64,000 bases of DNA from a virus. How positions within the stretch are numbered: position 1 is the first letter of the stretch; each line of letters begins with the position of its first letter. A model generated the notes under the pieces. The model was not told the DNA's origin, did not search any database, and worked only from the letters and a program-made list of their open reading frames with translations. The stretch spans positions 58,615 to 122,614 of the IMG/VR virus record IMGVR_UViG_3300044535_000472, one strand, 5' to 3'. Shown here piece by piece: positions 28,925 to 37,942 of the stretch. A program made the position numbers and the translations under genes.

Positions 28925-30724
28925 TTATACGCATTGATATTGAAAACAACATTCACAATCAGGATAACTTTGTACTATACTTACAGTAGTAAATTCTCCT
29001 ACACAATTATAAGTTTCTAAAATCGTCCAACACAATCCTGGATATTCAGCTAACTCAACAACTAAACCCGCATAAGCGTTTAAGTTTTGTTGAGTCATTA
29101 TAAATACCTCACCATTATTACAGTTTGTAAGTTTATAACAAGGATTAATCTGAATAGCTTCTTGACACTCTTGACAAGTTGTAAATGAGTCTGTAATAGT
29201 TACTATACCTATTGGAGTTGAGTTAGCACAATTACTAGATACTGTAACAAATAAGCACTCCTCTAAACCTTCAAATACTATAATGCTACCTACGTATGCT
29301 GCTAGATAATCAAATCCTAAATTATTAGTGTTTACAGTTGCATATAGACTACCATCTTTACAGTTAATTAAATCATAACAGCAAGTAGTATAATTTGATG
29401 TTGAGCATTCACACTCACCAGTTGTAGTATTTAAAACGCAAGGGCTGCTACATGCAGTAGGTGTCTCAGTATTTGGACAAAGTAAACTTTGTACTATACC
29501 ATCTTTAACAGCTGCTAAAGATGTAGCATCAAATAATGACATAAAATAATCAGGTCCTCCTGCAATATTATTACTACAAAATCTATCAGTAGACGTGTAT
29601 GTACAAGACCAGTTTACACAAGGATCAAATATTCCACTAGTATTAAGATTACAAGGTGTAGTAGACCAAGCTGGATTTGTAACACCTGATGTACCACCCG
29701 TATTACCTACTAATGAATCTCTTGTTGCGTAGTATTCTAGTGTGCCAGTACCTGTAGTTTCACCAACTATCATTAGTGTTATATCACATGCAACCGGTGT
29801 ACCTGCTGATCCAGACTTTATAGTTTGAGCTAAATCCATAGCTCCTTTATAAGCTTGACATCTATACAGTTGATAGTTTGAATTGGTACAATTTATTCCA
29901 CCTAATGTTGTATTAGGAACCACTGTACCATTGTATGTGCCAGAATAAGCCCAACTTGGAAAACCATCTGTAATAAATAAAATTCTTCTTGCTACAGTAG
30001 GATCTGAGTTTCTATTATTTGGACCAGTGATATTATCATAGCCTACAGATAATCCGCTAACTGTATTTGTACTTCCTGAAGAATATACAACAAAATTAGA
30101 TATAGCTTGTTTTATTGATCCACCTGCAGAACCACTTGCCCATGCCGTTGACCCACCTGATAAGTCTAAAATATTTTGGCCACCTGTTAATTCAAGTGCA
30201 TTGTTAAATCTTACAATACCAATTTGAACATCACCACTAACTATTCTATCTTCACCATTGGTTCCATTAATGTCATCAACTAATGTTACCAAAAAAGCTT
30301 TTAAGTTATCTAGTTCTGTTTGACTTATAGAAGATGATGCGTCAACAACTAGTGTTAAATCCATTTTACAATTAGCTGGTGCACCAACACATAATCCAGA
30401 TGCAGCATTATAAGTATAACCTTCTGGGCATACGGGTGTTGAGCTTTCACATAATTGATTACTAGTATTGTAAGTATAACCTGGAGGACATCCACATTGA
30501 CTAGCTAATGCATCTAAACAATCTTGGCAAATATCAAAAGACAACAATACACCTAATGTTTCAGGTGTAGGTGCGGAATCTTTAATTACTTCCCAACAAG
30601 TATCAGGATACTGTTGAGTATAGATAAATTTACCTTCATAGGTATCTATAGTAGGCGTTAACGTGCTATTTGTATAGATATCTGGTAATAATCCCGCACA
30701 ATCATGTAGTCTATACGTTGTCAT
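28925..30724 (-). CDS. von Willebrand factor A domain protein flanked by Cys-rich repeats (599 aa)
   Basis: MIDAS motif LVVDASSS (DxSxS), GSTNT, ILFITDG; EGF-like CPPGY/CPEGY units. Confidence 0.8.
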   Translation of the reverse strand: MTTYRLHDCAGLLPDIYTNSTLTPTIDTYEGKFIYTQQYPDTCWEVIKDSAPTPETLGVLLSFDICQDCLDALASQCGCPPGYTYNTSNQLCESSTPVCPEGYTYNAASGLCVGAPANCKMDLTLVVDASSSISQTELDNLKAFLVTLVDDINGTNGEDRIVSGDVQIGIVRFNNALELTGGQNILDLSGGSTAWASGSAGGSIKQAISNFVVYSSGSTNTVSGLSVGYDNITGPNNRNSDPTVARRILFITDGFPSWAYSGTYNGTVVPNTTLGGINCTNSNYQLYRCQAYKGAMDLAQTIKSGSAGTPVACDITLMIVGETTGTGTLEYYATRDSLVGNTGGTSGVTNPAWSTTPCNLNTSGIFDPCVNWSCTYTSTDRFCSNNIAGGPDYFMSLFDATSLAAVKDGIVQSLLCPNTETPTACSSPCVLNTTTGECECSTSNYTTCCYDLINCKDGSLYATVNTNNLGFDYLAAYVGSIIVFEGLEECLFVTVSSNCANSTPIGIVTITDSFTTCQECQEAIQINPCYKLTNCNNGEVFIMTQQNLNAYAGLVVELAEYPGLCWTILETYNCVGEFTTVSIVQSYPDCECCFQYQCV

Positions 30725-30727
30725 TAT

Positions 30728-30856
30728 TTATTTTTTTGCTTCTTGCTTTTTTGCTTCATAGGAATGTATGCACTTTGAACATACTTGTTTTCCATCTTTA
30801 CTCACTCTTTTTTGGCAGCCGCAACTTAGGGCTGCTCCACAATTTGCACATTTCAT
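30728..30856 (-). CDS. Small Cys-rich (Zn-finger-like) protein, 42 aa
   Basis: Manual translation MKCANCGAALSCGCQKRVSKDGKQVCSKCIHSYEAKKQEAKK; fills the gap between genes and follows an AAAACCAACA leader. Confidence 0.7.
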   Translation of the reverse strand: MKCANCGAALSCGCQKRVSKDGKQVCSKCIHSYEAKKQEAKK

Positions 30857-30877
30857 AATATGTTGGTTTTTAAATTA

Positions 30878-31435
30878 TTAGCATGTACCGCATCCACACC
30901 CACATGATAATTTGTCTAACTTAGACATCACGTATGTGTATATTGCCATACCCTCTGTAGGATTATGACAATACTCTACTTTTGCTTTAGCTGCTTTTAA
31001 CATTGTCGATAGGAGGTTTATTTCCCGCAACTTTTCTTTCATTGGCCCTACTGGCTCGCAGTTAGGAACATCTAGACAACAAAGCAAGTTATTAATTTTA
31101 TTTAAGGCCTGAGATATACGTAAATGGTTGTATTCTACATATACCACATCATTAGGCGCCACACTGTAGCGAATAACATATACCCCATCTGGTAAATCAT
31201 TTCTATATGAATCACAGTTTGTAAGCTGTAATCCTAAATCACACGCAGTAAGGTTTACTACAAACTCAGTACCCATATCTGTAATCTCTGCACTTGTAGT
31301 AAATCCAGGTGCAGTAATTTGCAACTTAGGACATTCTACTGGTACATTTTGATTATAGGTAGTCATGTCTACTATACGCAGTAAACAGTTACTTAAAGTA
31401 TCTGGAATTTCTAAAGCTAATTGATGTTGTGCCAT
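30878..31435 (-). CDS. Cys-rich structural protein (185 aa)
   Basis: In operon; DLPDGVYVIRYSV beta segment; C-terminal CGCGTC. Confidence 0.6.
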   Translation of the reverse strand: MAQHQLALEIPDTLSNCLLRIVDMTTYNQNVPVECPKLQITAPGFTTSAEITDMGTEFVVNLTACDLGLQLTNCDSYRNDLPDGVYVIRYSVAPNDVVYVEYNHLRISQALNKINNLLCCLDVPNCEPVGPMKEKLREINLLSTMLKAAKAKVEYCHNPTEGMAIYTYVMSKLDKLSCGCGCGTC

Positions 31436-31470
31436 TGTATTACTAAGTTACAAAGATATAGTGTAAAAAT

Positions 31471-31509
31471 AAAAAAGAGGAGGGGATTTTTTATCCCACC
31501 CCTCTTTTT
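31471..31509 (-). terminator. Intrinsic terminator, possibly bidirectional
   Basis: Imperfect GAGGGGTGGGAT/ATCCCCTCCTC stem flanked by A and T runs, after 31527..32846. Confidence 0.7.
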
Positions 31510-31526
31510 ATAAGTTTTAGTTAAGA

Positions 31527-32846
31527 TTATACTGGTGTAACAGGAGATACTGGAGTACAAGTTTCAGGGCACTCATATTCTACTAATCCTACGCAGTCTG
31601 AACCAGCGTTAGTCAACCATGCTGTTACAAAATTTTCAAAAGCTGTATCGCGACCATCTGTTACAATTTCTAACAAGTACTGGTCATTGTCAAATGTTCC
31701 AGTTGGGTTGTTGAAACGTGGCACATTGTGCTGGATATAGTAACGAGTATAGAATGATGTTCTGCTAATTGCATCATATACATCTGTACCGTTAGTAATC
31801 TCACGGATACGCAAGTCTTGACCAGTATAGAAAGGTTGTTGCATGTAACCTTCAGTTAAGATAAGGTCACGGATAACATTCTCTCCAGTTCCTTTCAATT
31901 GGTAAGGCTCGCAAGTGTTATATACACAAAGTCCAGCAAATGCACAAGGATCACCGTTAAGATCTACTTCAGAAGCATAAATTTTAACTGGCTCTAAGAA
32001 TGCAATGATAGAATCATTTGGATAGAAAGTACAATCATTGAAACGTGTATCAACATATGCTCCATTGATAAGGATACCAGCTAATGTGTTTTCATCTCCA
32101 GGAAGAGTTGAAGGGTTTTGGATATATCCTAATAACAAATCTAAGTTTGTCTTAGAAGAAGTACCATCACCTAATTCTAACCAAAGAACACCATCACCAA
32201 GTGTATTGTAAGTAATTTCAACTTGAATATATGGGTTAATCAATGGTGAGTTCAACAATTGGTAAGCCCATTGTACGTATACAATCAAAGGGTTAACTGC
32301 AACTGGTGCAATTGCATCATCTGGGCAACATCCTGTATAACCAGCAGCAGTATAGTAACTGTTACGAGTCAATGTACGCAATGCAGGAGAACCTTTGATG
32401 TCTACACGCAAGTTGTAAGTTTCACCACAAAGGAAAGTTTTGTTGATAACAGTTCCTGAGTTTAAGTTACAAGAACCACCTTCCCAATTAATTTGGTTAG
32501 CACCAACAGATACTTGAGCTTGTTGAGCAGGACAATCATCCACACGATAGAAAGCTGATACATACTTAGGGTTAATAGTCTTAGACTTTACAGTCTCAGA
32601 ATATCCACCGTGGAATTTACCAATTTTGTCATTTGGGTGAATAGAAGTTGAAATTAGCACTAAAGGACAACTTGTGCTTGTTGGTCCTGCTAAGTCACTT
32701 GGTGTTACCCAAGTCTTAGGATCCACAAAAGTAAATTGTCCAGCACGATTTTGTGGAGTAAATGCCGAACTAGACAAACCTCCTGTTGTAGTAAACCCAT
32801 CGGTTCCTACAAACATCTTTTGAAAGGCATGATTAAAATAAGCCAT
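31527..32846 (-). CDS. Abundant virion structural protein (crAss-like head/tail module), 439 aa
   Basis: Synteny near the MCP; followed by its own terminator; codon usage looks MCP-like. Confidence 0.55.
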   Translation of the reverse strand: MAYFNHAFQKMFVGTDGFTTTGGLSSSAFTPQNRAGQFTFVDPKTWVTPSDLAGPTSTSCPLVLISTSIHPNDKIGKFHGGYSETVKSKTINPKYVSAFYRVDDCPAQQAQVSVGANQINWEGGSCNLNSGTVINKTFLCGETYNLRVDIKGSPALRTLTRNSYYTAAGYTGCCPDDAIAPVAVNPLIVYVQWAYQLLNSPLINPYIQVEITYNTLGDGVLWLELGDGTSSKTNLDLLLGYIQNPSTLPGDENTLAGILINGAYVDTRFNDCTFYPNDSIIAFLEPVKIYASEVDLNGDPCAFAGLCVYNTCEPYQLKGTGENVIRDLILTEGYMQQPFYTGQDLRIREITNGTDVYDAISRTSFYTRYYIQHNVPRFNNPTGTFDNDQYLLEIVTDGRDTAFENFVTAWLTNAGSDCVGLVEYECPETCTPVSPVTPV

Positions 32847-32911
32847 TGTTTTTTGTTTTTAAGGGTTATAAATATATATTTAATATAAGAAAAGTATTTC
32901 TACTTTCCAAA

Positions 32912-33415
32912 TTATTTTAAGAAAAGTAATTTGTACTTAGCTGAGTTTATAGCATCTTTAACTAAGTCTAGGTTATTAACTATCTCTGAATAAGGCATCA
33001 TGCCTTGAAGTTTATTGATAGAATTATACATATCTCTAAGATAGGCCACCGCATCTGCTACAGTATCTAATGTGCGAATAGGCATATCTTTATAAGTTAA
33101 AAGCTTTTCAGTTGCTCCCTGATAACCTTCTACAAGAGTATCAGCATAACCATGTAGACCATCATAAAAATCACCAAGAGCTTTATGAGCAGCATAAGAA
33201 CCATCTCCCTTTATCTTTAGATGTAATCTATGAAAACTTACAGCAGCATTCATCATTTCTGTAGAGCAGGCTGCAGTCATGTTATCTAATGAGCTTCCTC
33301 CAACACCTGCATCAGAAGTAGGCATTGGTTTAGCAGCTTGTTCAACACTAGGTCTACTAAGCTTTTTAATAGGCTCAGGATCTCTCTTTAATAAATTTCT
33401 TGGTTGTTCAGCCAT
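32912..33415 (-). CDS. Ferritin/Dps-like four-helix protein (DUF5856-like)
   Basis: HRLHL..GDGSYAAHKALGDFYDGL..YADTLVEGYQG, and C-terminal SAKYKLLFLK. Confidence 0.7.
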   Translation of the reverse strand: MAEQPRNLLKRDPEPIKKLSRPSVEQAAKPMPTSDAGVGGSSLDNMTAACSTEMMNAAVSFHRLHLKIKGDGSYAAHKALGDFYDGLHGYADTLVEGYQGATEKLLTYKDMPIRTLDTVADAVAYLRDMYNSINKLQGMMPYSEIVNNLDLVKDAINSAKYKLLFLK

Positions 33416-33417
33416 GA

Positions 33418-34122
33418 TTAATTGTTTTGTTCAGAAGCTGTAGACTCCCGAGTATATTGATTAAATGATTCTATATCTCCTGCAAGGATTGATGCTGCTG
33501 AATCTACAATTACCTCTACCACATCATCAGGAAATTCACATAACACTTCTTGAGTCGATGTTTGTAGGGTATAAGGATCTGCACAACCTAAAATTTGAAT
33601 TCTAGTTGGGTACTTATAGTAAGTATATTTAACACTTTTTATTTCAAACTCATCATTAGTAAATACCTTGATTTTGTTTTCCATCATGGTTGCAAAAGTC
33701 TCACGCCATTCAAAGCTAGGTTTACGTAAAAAATCATTTAGTAAAACACTAAGGTTAGCCTCTTCTGCTAAATATACCACCATATCTTTCTCCTCATTGC
33801 AACATTTGCTTACTGCTTTAACATCTATTCTTTTAAACTCCATCCAGTCATCTGGTAATACTTCGGTAATAACATATTTATCACCATAAGTAAAAGCAAG
33901 ATCTTCGGATTTAAGCATGATCATAAGATCACCAATCTTACGATTACTTTGCTCATCACCCTGTTTAAGAATATTGTTACCAACAAGTTGACGGCGCACC
34001 CATTCTATTTGAGCTTTATTAAAAGCCTCAACTATTTGCCAACATTCAAAGTTGTCATAGTCTTGGCTATCAAGCTTGTTGAGTCGCTCCTTAATCTTTA
34101 TTTGTATGGTAGTATTATTCAT
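33418..34122 (-). CDS. Tail ring/adaptor protein (crAss-like)
   Basis: 234 aa; WQIVEAFNKAQIEW, YTYYKYPT, CEFPDDVVEVIVDSA pattern; synteny. Confidence 0.6.
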   Translation of the reverse strand: MNNTTIQIKIKERLNKLDSQDYDNFECWQIVEAFNKAQIEWVRRQLVGNNILKQGDEQSNRKIGDLMIMLKSEDLAFTYGDKYVITEVLPDDWMEFKRIDVKAVSKCCNEEKDMVVYLAEEANLSVLLNDFLRKPSFEWRETFATMMENKIKVFTNDEFEIKSVKYTYYKYPTRIQILGCADPYTLQTSTQEVLCEFPDDVVEVIVDSAASILAGDIESFNQYTRESTASEQNN

Positions 34123-34277
34123 TTCTTAGCACCGCCTTTTTTAGCGTAACCCATTTTATTTCTTACTGCAGTTGGAAGTTTAGATAGTCCCGGATTAGCA
34201 CTAGGATTAACAGATTTAAGTTTAGAAGAACCACCAGACTTCATTTTAACTGAACCACAAGTTGCACACTTTTTCAT
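34119..34277 (-). CDS. Small basic protein, 52 aa
   Basis: Manual translation MKKCATCGSVKMKSGGSS...MGYAKKGGAKK; ATGA overlap with the next gene. Confidence 0.7.
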   Translation of the reverse strand: MKKCATCGSVKMKSGGSSKLKSVNPSANPGLSKLPTAVRNKMGYAKKGGAKK

Positions 34278-34289
34278 ATCATTATAGTT

Positions 34290-34535
34290 TTAGCATTTCC
34301 ATTTTCTAAGTGACTTATTAATCCTTGAGTTAGGATCATTAGCCGTTTTAGCACTAGTAAGCTTTTTCTTCATCCCAGACATTCTTGCGCAAAAGCTTTT
34401 CTTTCTAGGCCCACCCTCTGGTTGAGGTGCCTTAATATCATGACCTGCTGCTTTTAAAGATGCACGTCCTTTAGCGTTAAGTCCTCCACTTGGAGACTTA
34501 CCTTCTTTTCTTTGCCATGCTGGACTTTTTGCCAT
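34290..34535 (-). CDS. Small basic protein (DUF6321-like), 81 aa
   Basis: KEGKSPSGGLNAKGRAS...RKKSFCARM...DPNSRINKSLRKWKC, a pattern widespread in aquatic phages. Confidence 0.75.
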   Translation of the reverse strand: MAKSPAWQRKEGKSPSGGLNAKGRASLKAAGHDIKAPQPEGGPRKKSFCARMSGMKKKLTSAKTANDPNSRINKSLRKWKC

Positions 34536-34536
34536 A

Positions 34537-34686
34537 CTATTTCTTTTTAGCAGTCTTAGCAGACTGGGTAAAATCTTTTTTAGTAGGTGCGCCTTTTGCT
34601 CCTACTTTACGCATCTTCTCACCGGAACCTGCGGCTATGCGAGCTCTTTTAGCATGAATGTTAGCGTATAATCCTTGCTTTGCCAT
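34537..34686 (-). CDS. Small basic protein, 49 aa
   Basis: Manual translation MAKQGLYANIHAKRARIAAGSGEKMRKVGAKGAPTKKDFTQSAKTAKKK; 1-nt spacing to neighbours. Confidence 0.75.
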   Translation of the reverse strand: MAKQGLYANIHAKRARIAAGSGEKMRKVGAKGAPTKKDFTQSAKTAKKK

Positions 34687-34687
34687 A

Positions 34688-34828
34688 CTATCTATTTTTA
34701 GCCATTTTTTTAAATGTCATTGCTAATGCTTTCCGTTTAGGGGTGCATGTAGCTTTAGTCATAGGTGTACAATAACCTTTATGTTTAGGATTAACAGCTT
34801 TTTGAATCCACTTTTTATCTTTAGCCAT
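34688..34828 (-). CDS. Small basic protein, 46 aa
   Basis: Manual translation MAKDKKWIQKAVNPKHKGYCTPMTKATCTPKRKALAMTFKKMAKNR. Confidence 0.7.
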   Translation of the reverse strand: MAKDKKWIQKAVNPKHKGYCTPMTKATCTPKRKALAMTFKKMAKNR

Positions 34829-34833
34829 AGTAG

Positions 34834-34959
34834 TTATTTTTTACAACCACAACCAGATTTCTTGGAAGCCGTAGCACCACCTTTTTTATAGGTGGTACCA
34901 TTGGGCTTACCATATGAAATCATTTTCTTTTTTTGCTCTGGTGTTAGTAGAGGGTTCAT
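34834..34959 (-). CDS. Small basic protein, 41 aa
   Basis: Manual translation MNPLLTPEQKKKMISYGKPNGTTYKKGGATASKKSGCGCKK. Confidence 0.6.
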   Translation of the reverse strand: MNPLLTPEQKKKMISYGKPNGTTYKKGGATASKKSGCGCKK

Positions 34960-35141
34960 CCTTTACGCTTTGGGCTTACTTCAGCAGATTTATTTCCACC
35001 GCCTGAGCGACCTTTAGCAACTTTTTGAACTTGTGCAGCAGCGTTTCCGCCACCAACACGTCCACCAGGAGTCTTTTGTACCATAACGGAAGCATTAGGA
35101 TTTTTAACACCGCCGGTCATCATTTTTTTAACCTTTTTCAT
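34956..35141 (-). CDS. Small basic Gly/Lys-rich protein, 61 aa
   Basis: ORF track; MKKVKKMMTGG start; overlaps the next start codon. Confidence 0.65.
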   Translation of the reverse strand: MKKVKKMMTGGVKNPNASVMVQKTPGGRVGGGNAAAQVQKVAKGRSGGGNKSAEVSPKRKG

Positions 35142-35166
35142 TTTAGTATGTTTAATATAAAGATAG

Positions 35167-36186
35167 TTACATATTCCAATACTTCTCCACTTTTTTAGAA
35201 ATTTGTACTAAAACATCTTCATTAAGTGGGTTTTTAAAGAACTCTACAATCTCAGCTTGGTTTCTTCCTAACATTGTATTAGTGTCTCTAGTGTATATAA
35301 TTCCATCTGTTTTTGCAACAATAAACTTATAATAAGTAGCATCTTTTACAATTGCTTTAACTTTAAGTGTTTCCATGTCAGAGTTCGCAGCATCTAAGAA
35401 TGTTTGCGCAGCGCGTATAGGATTTCTTTCTGTACTCTCCCCATTAATAAAGTTATCCATAATATCGTAAATGATATCATTAGGGGTAGACTTTTTATAC
35501 TGGGCGCTCGCGATGTCCACAACTTTTGCAACATAGAACAACTTATTAGTGTTCTTATCATAAAGTTTTTGCAATTCAGCAAGAGCTTTGTTACGAAGCT
35601 TTTTAACCTCAGTTTTAGTTGAAGCTGTTTCTTCGTACTTGTCTAAATAAAAACGTGCGTTCTTATTCATTTTTATTTTAGCATCATCATAGCTTTTAGC
35701 TACAATGCTAAATCCTCCGGCATTAATTGCATAGAGCTTAATAAGATCATAAGCATCTTTCTCAGGCTCTAAAAATACGGGGTCGTTACCACAACGTATT
35801 GTTATTTTATTCCAGAACTCATCATTGTCTGGACGCAATAATTTAATTTTATTCCAGAAATCAGGATCTTCTGGACTTACAACATTTGCAGCTAATTCTT
35901 TTTCAAGCTCAGATACAATTGTTCTAATCTCTTTAATTTTTGCTTCACGCTCTTCAGGATCCGCAATTTTTTTAATCTCAGGAGCAAATTCATTAAGTCC
36001 TGTTAAGTAACGTTTTACACCGTTATTCTCAAGACATGCTAACTGCTCTTCATGGGATACACCTTCAAAAAGTGTTAAACCATATTTCTCAAGACCCATG
36101 TTTGAGTTTTGATTGTTAAAATAAGGTCTAATTGCAATAGGACCTTTCTTAAGGTGTGACACCTTTTCTACTAAAGTAAAGCTCAT
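35167..36186 (-). CDS. Conserved protein downstream of MCP (crAss gene-75-like position), 339 aa
   Basis: Synteny; clean 339-aa ORF with an AAAACCAACA leader. Confidence 0.55.
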   Translation of the reverse strand: MSFTLVEKVSHLKKGPIAIRPYFNNQNSNMGLEKYGLTLFEGVSHEEQLACLENNGVKRYLTGLNEFAPEIKKIADPEEREAKIKEIRTIVSELEKELAANVVSPEDPDFWNKIKLLRPDNDEFWNKITIRCGNDPVFLEPEKDAYDLIKLYAINAGGFSIVAKSYDDAKIKMNKNARFYLDKYEETASTKTEVKKLRNKALAELQKLYDKNTNKLFYVAKVVDIASAQYKKSTPNDIIYDIMDNFINGESTERNPIRAAQTFLDAANSDMETLKVKAIVKDATYYKFIVAKTDGIIYTRDTNTMLGRNQAEIVEFFKNPLNEDVLVQISKKVEKYWNM

Positions 36187-36226
36187 AACTTGTTGGTTTT
36201 ATTTTATTGGTTTTTGTAAAGGTAGT

Positions 36227-36256
36227 AAAAAGGGGGAGGCTTTCAACTCTCCCCCA
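36227..36256 (-). terminator. Intrinsic terminator after the major capsid gene
   Basis: Minus strand GGGGGAGAG-TTGAAAG-CCTCCCCC followed by TTTTT. Confidence 0.75.
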
Positions 36257-36275
36257 GTTTACATATATTCTAAGA

Positions 36276-37916
36276 TTAGAATGATCCGCCAGTGATTGGG
36301 TTACGCATAACGATTTTCAATACTTTGGTTGGGTCTTTAACCCAGATCGCAGGCATTGTTTGCGTCATGAATACACGGTATCCGTTAAATTGTCCAGAGC
36401 TTTGGAAACCTTGGGTACGTCCCATGTAATCCATAGTTCCGTTTTGGTACCACCACTTCAATTGATTATCCCAAGATAACTTCAACAAGAAGATATTGTC
36501 GTTAGTGTTATCTGTGATATCAAAGATAATGAAGCTATAAGAAGACAATGGGAAACCATCAATGATTGGGTTTTCAATGTCATTGGTGTGTAGGTTATCA
36601 AACGCTGGGTTCAACACAAACTTCACGTTAGCCAAGAATGGGATAACATAAGAAGTGAATGCAAATCCGTAGTTCAAGTCCATACCTTTACCAGTGATTG
36701 CTCCAATACCGTTATTTTCAGCAGCTTGGATCAACAATCCTGAAGCCATTGCCTCACGCTTAATTGCTTCGTTAACCATGCGCATACCGCCCATACCGGT
36801 TTGTACAATCAATTGACGCTTAGGATCTGGACCTTGAAACTCAACTTTACCAGCATAGAAGTTGTAAAGCTCAGAGCGGAACAAGTCAAGGTTAAAGTTA
36901 GACTTGTTATAGATACGCTTGAATGAGTTATCCAATTGCTTCCAAAGACCCACAGATAAACGGATATCATCTGGACCATCTTGACGTACACGTCCACCTT
37001 GTCCCCACATTAAGTAGGTCTCGATGTCATTAGCTACTTTAGTCAAGTGAGCTGCTTCCATTGTAGTCATGAAGGTACGAGACAATGAACCATTACCCAT
37101 TGCACGCTTAACATAATCCTTACCCATGCGAGAAACCATGTTGTCAAGGTTAGCAATAGATGGATCAATGTTCTTGTCAAAGTTACGCCAGATTTCTACT
37201 ACTGGTACAGTACCATCTGCATTCATACCACCCTTGATCATAAGATCTGCGCGAGATGAAATAGAATAGTGTACGTGTGCCTCAGCTCCTCCTACGAAGT
37301 TGTAGAACTCGCGGAAACCTGTTGCAGTAACGATGTCTGAGAAACGCTCTCCATACTCGCCACGTGCAGAACCTTTACGGAAGATTTTAGTACCTGGTGC
37401 AAGGATAGAAGTATCCAAACCATAACTATTATCATTGTTTACTAATTGTACGGTGTAAACAAAACCGTCACCTACTGGAACAATGTCATCAGCAGTGATG
37501 TACATTTCAGCACCGTTGTACTTGTCATAAGTGATGATATCACCATGTCCAAATTCACGACGTGAAATTTTGATTTGGAAAGTAGTACCATCAGCACCAA
37601 GTGTTAATGATTCACCTTCACTATCTGATGTTAAAACTTCGTCAACAATGTAAGGAAGATCCATTACAATTGGCGTTTGCCACTTGTACTCTCCACGAGC
37701 ATTATCAACATTAATTACGTTCTTTCCACCAAAGCTAGACATTTGGTACAAAGGCATTTCTACCTTTTGCGCCATTGCCCAAAGATCTACTGGTCCTAAA
37801 TCCATAGGTTCAGCATTCTTGAGCATGTTAACCAAGTGGTAAGAATCTACGTGTGAACTAGCTGCGTAGTTGGTATCGCGTAGAAATATACCATTGTTTA
37901 AAACTGGAGTTGCCAT
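36276..37916 (-). CDS. Major capsid protein (HK97 fold, crAss-like), 546 aa
   Basis: Size, position after portal and scaffold-like gene, own terminator. Segments such as GEYKWQ, FVYTVQL and C-terminal IWVKDPTKVLKI resemble the crAss-like MCP layout. Confidence 0.85.
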   Translation of the reverse strand: MATPVLNNGIFLRDTNYAASSHVDSYHLVNMLKNAEPMDLGPVDLWAMAQKVEMPLYQMSSFGGKNVINVDNARGEYKWQTPIVMDLPYIVDEVLTSDSEGESLTLGADGTTFQIKISRREFGHGDIITYDKYNGAEMYITADDIVPVGDGFVYTVQLVNNDNSYGLDTSILAPGTKIFRKGSARGEYGERFSDIVTATGFREFYNFVGGAEAHVHYSISSRADLMIKGGMNADGTVPVVEIWRNFDKNIDPSIANLDNMVSRMGKDYVKRAMGNGSLSRTFMTTMEAAHLTKVANDIETYLMWGQGGRVRQDGPDDIRLSVGLWKQLDNSFKRIYNKSNFNLDLFRSELYNFYAGKVEFQGPDPKRQLIVQTGMGGMRMVNEAIKREAMASGLLIQAAENNGIGAITGKGMDLNYGFAFTSYVIPFLANVKFVLNPAFDNLHTNDIENPIIDGFPLSSYSFIIFDITDNTNDNIFLLKLSWDNQLKWWYQNGTMDYMGRTQGFQSSGQFNGYRVFMTQTMPAIWVKDPTKVLKIVMRNPITGGSF

Positions 37917-37942
37917 GTTTTTTTTGTTTATTTAAGGGTTAA

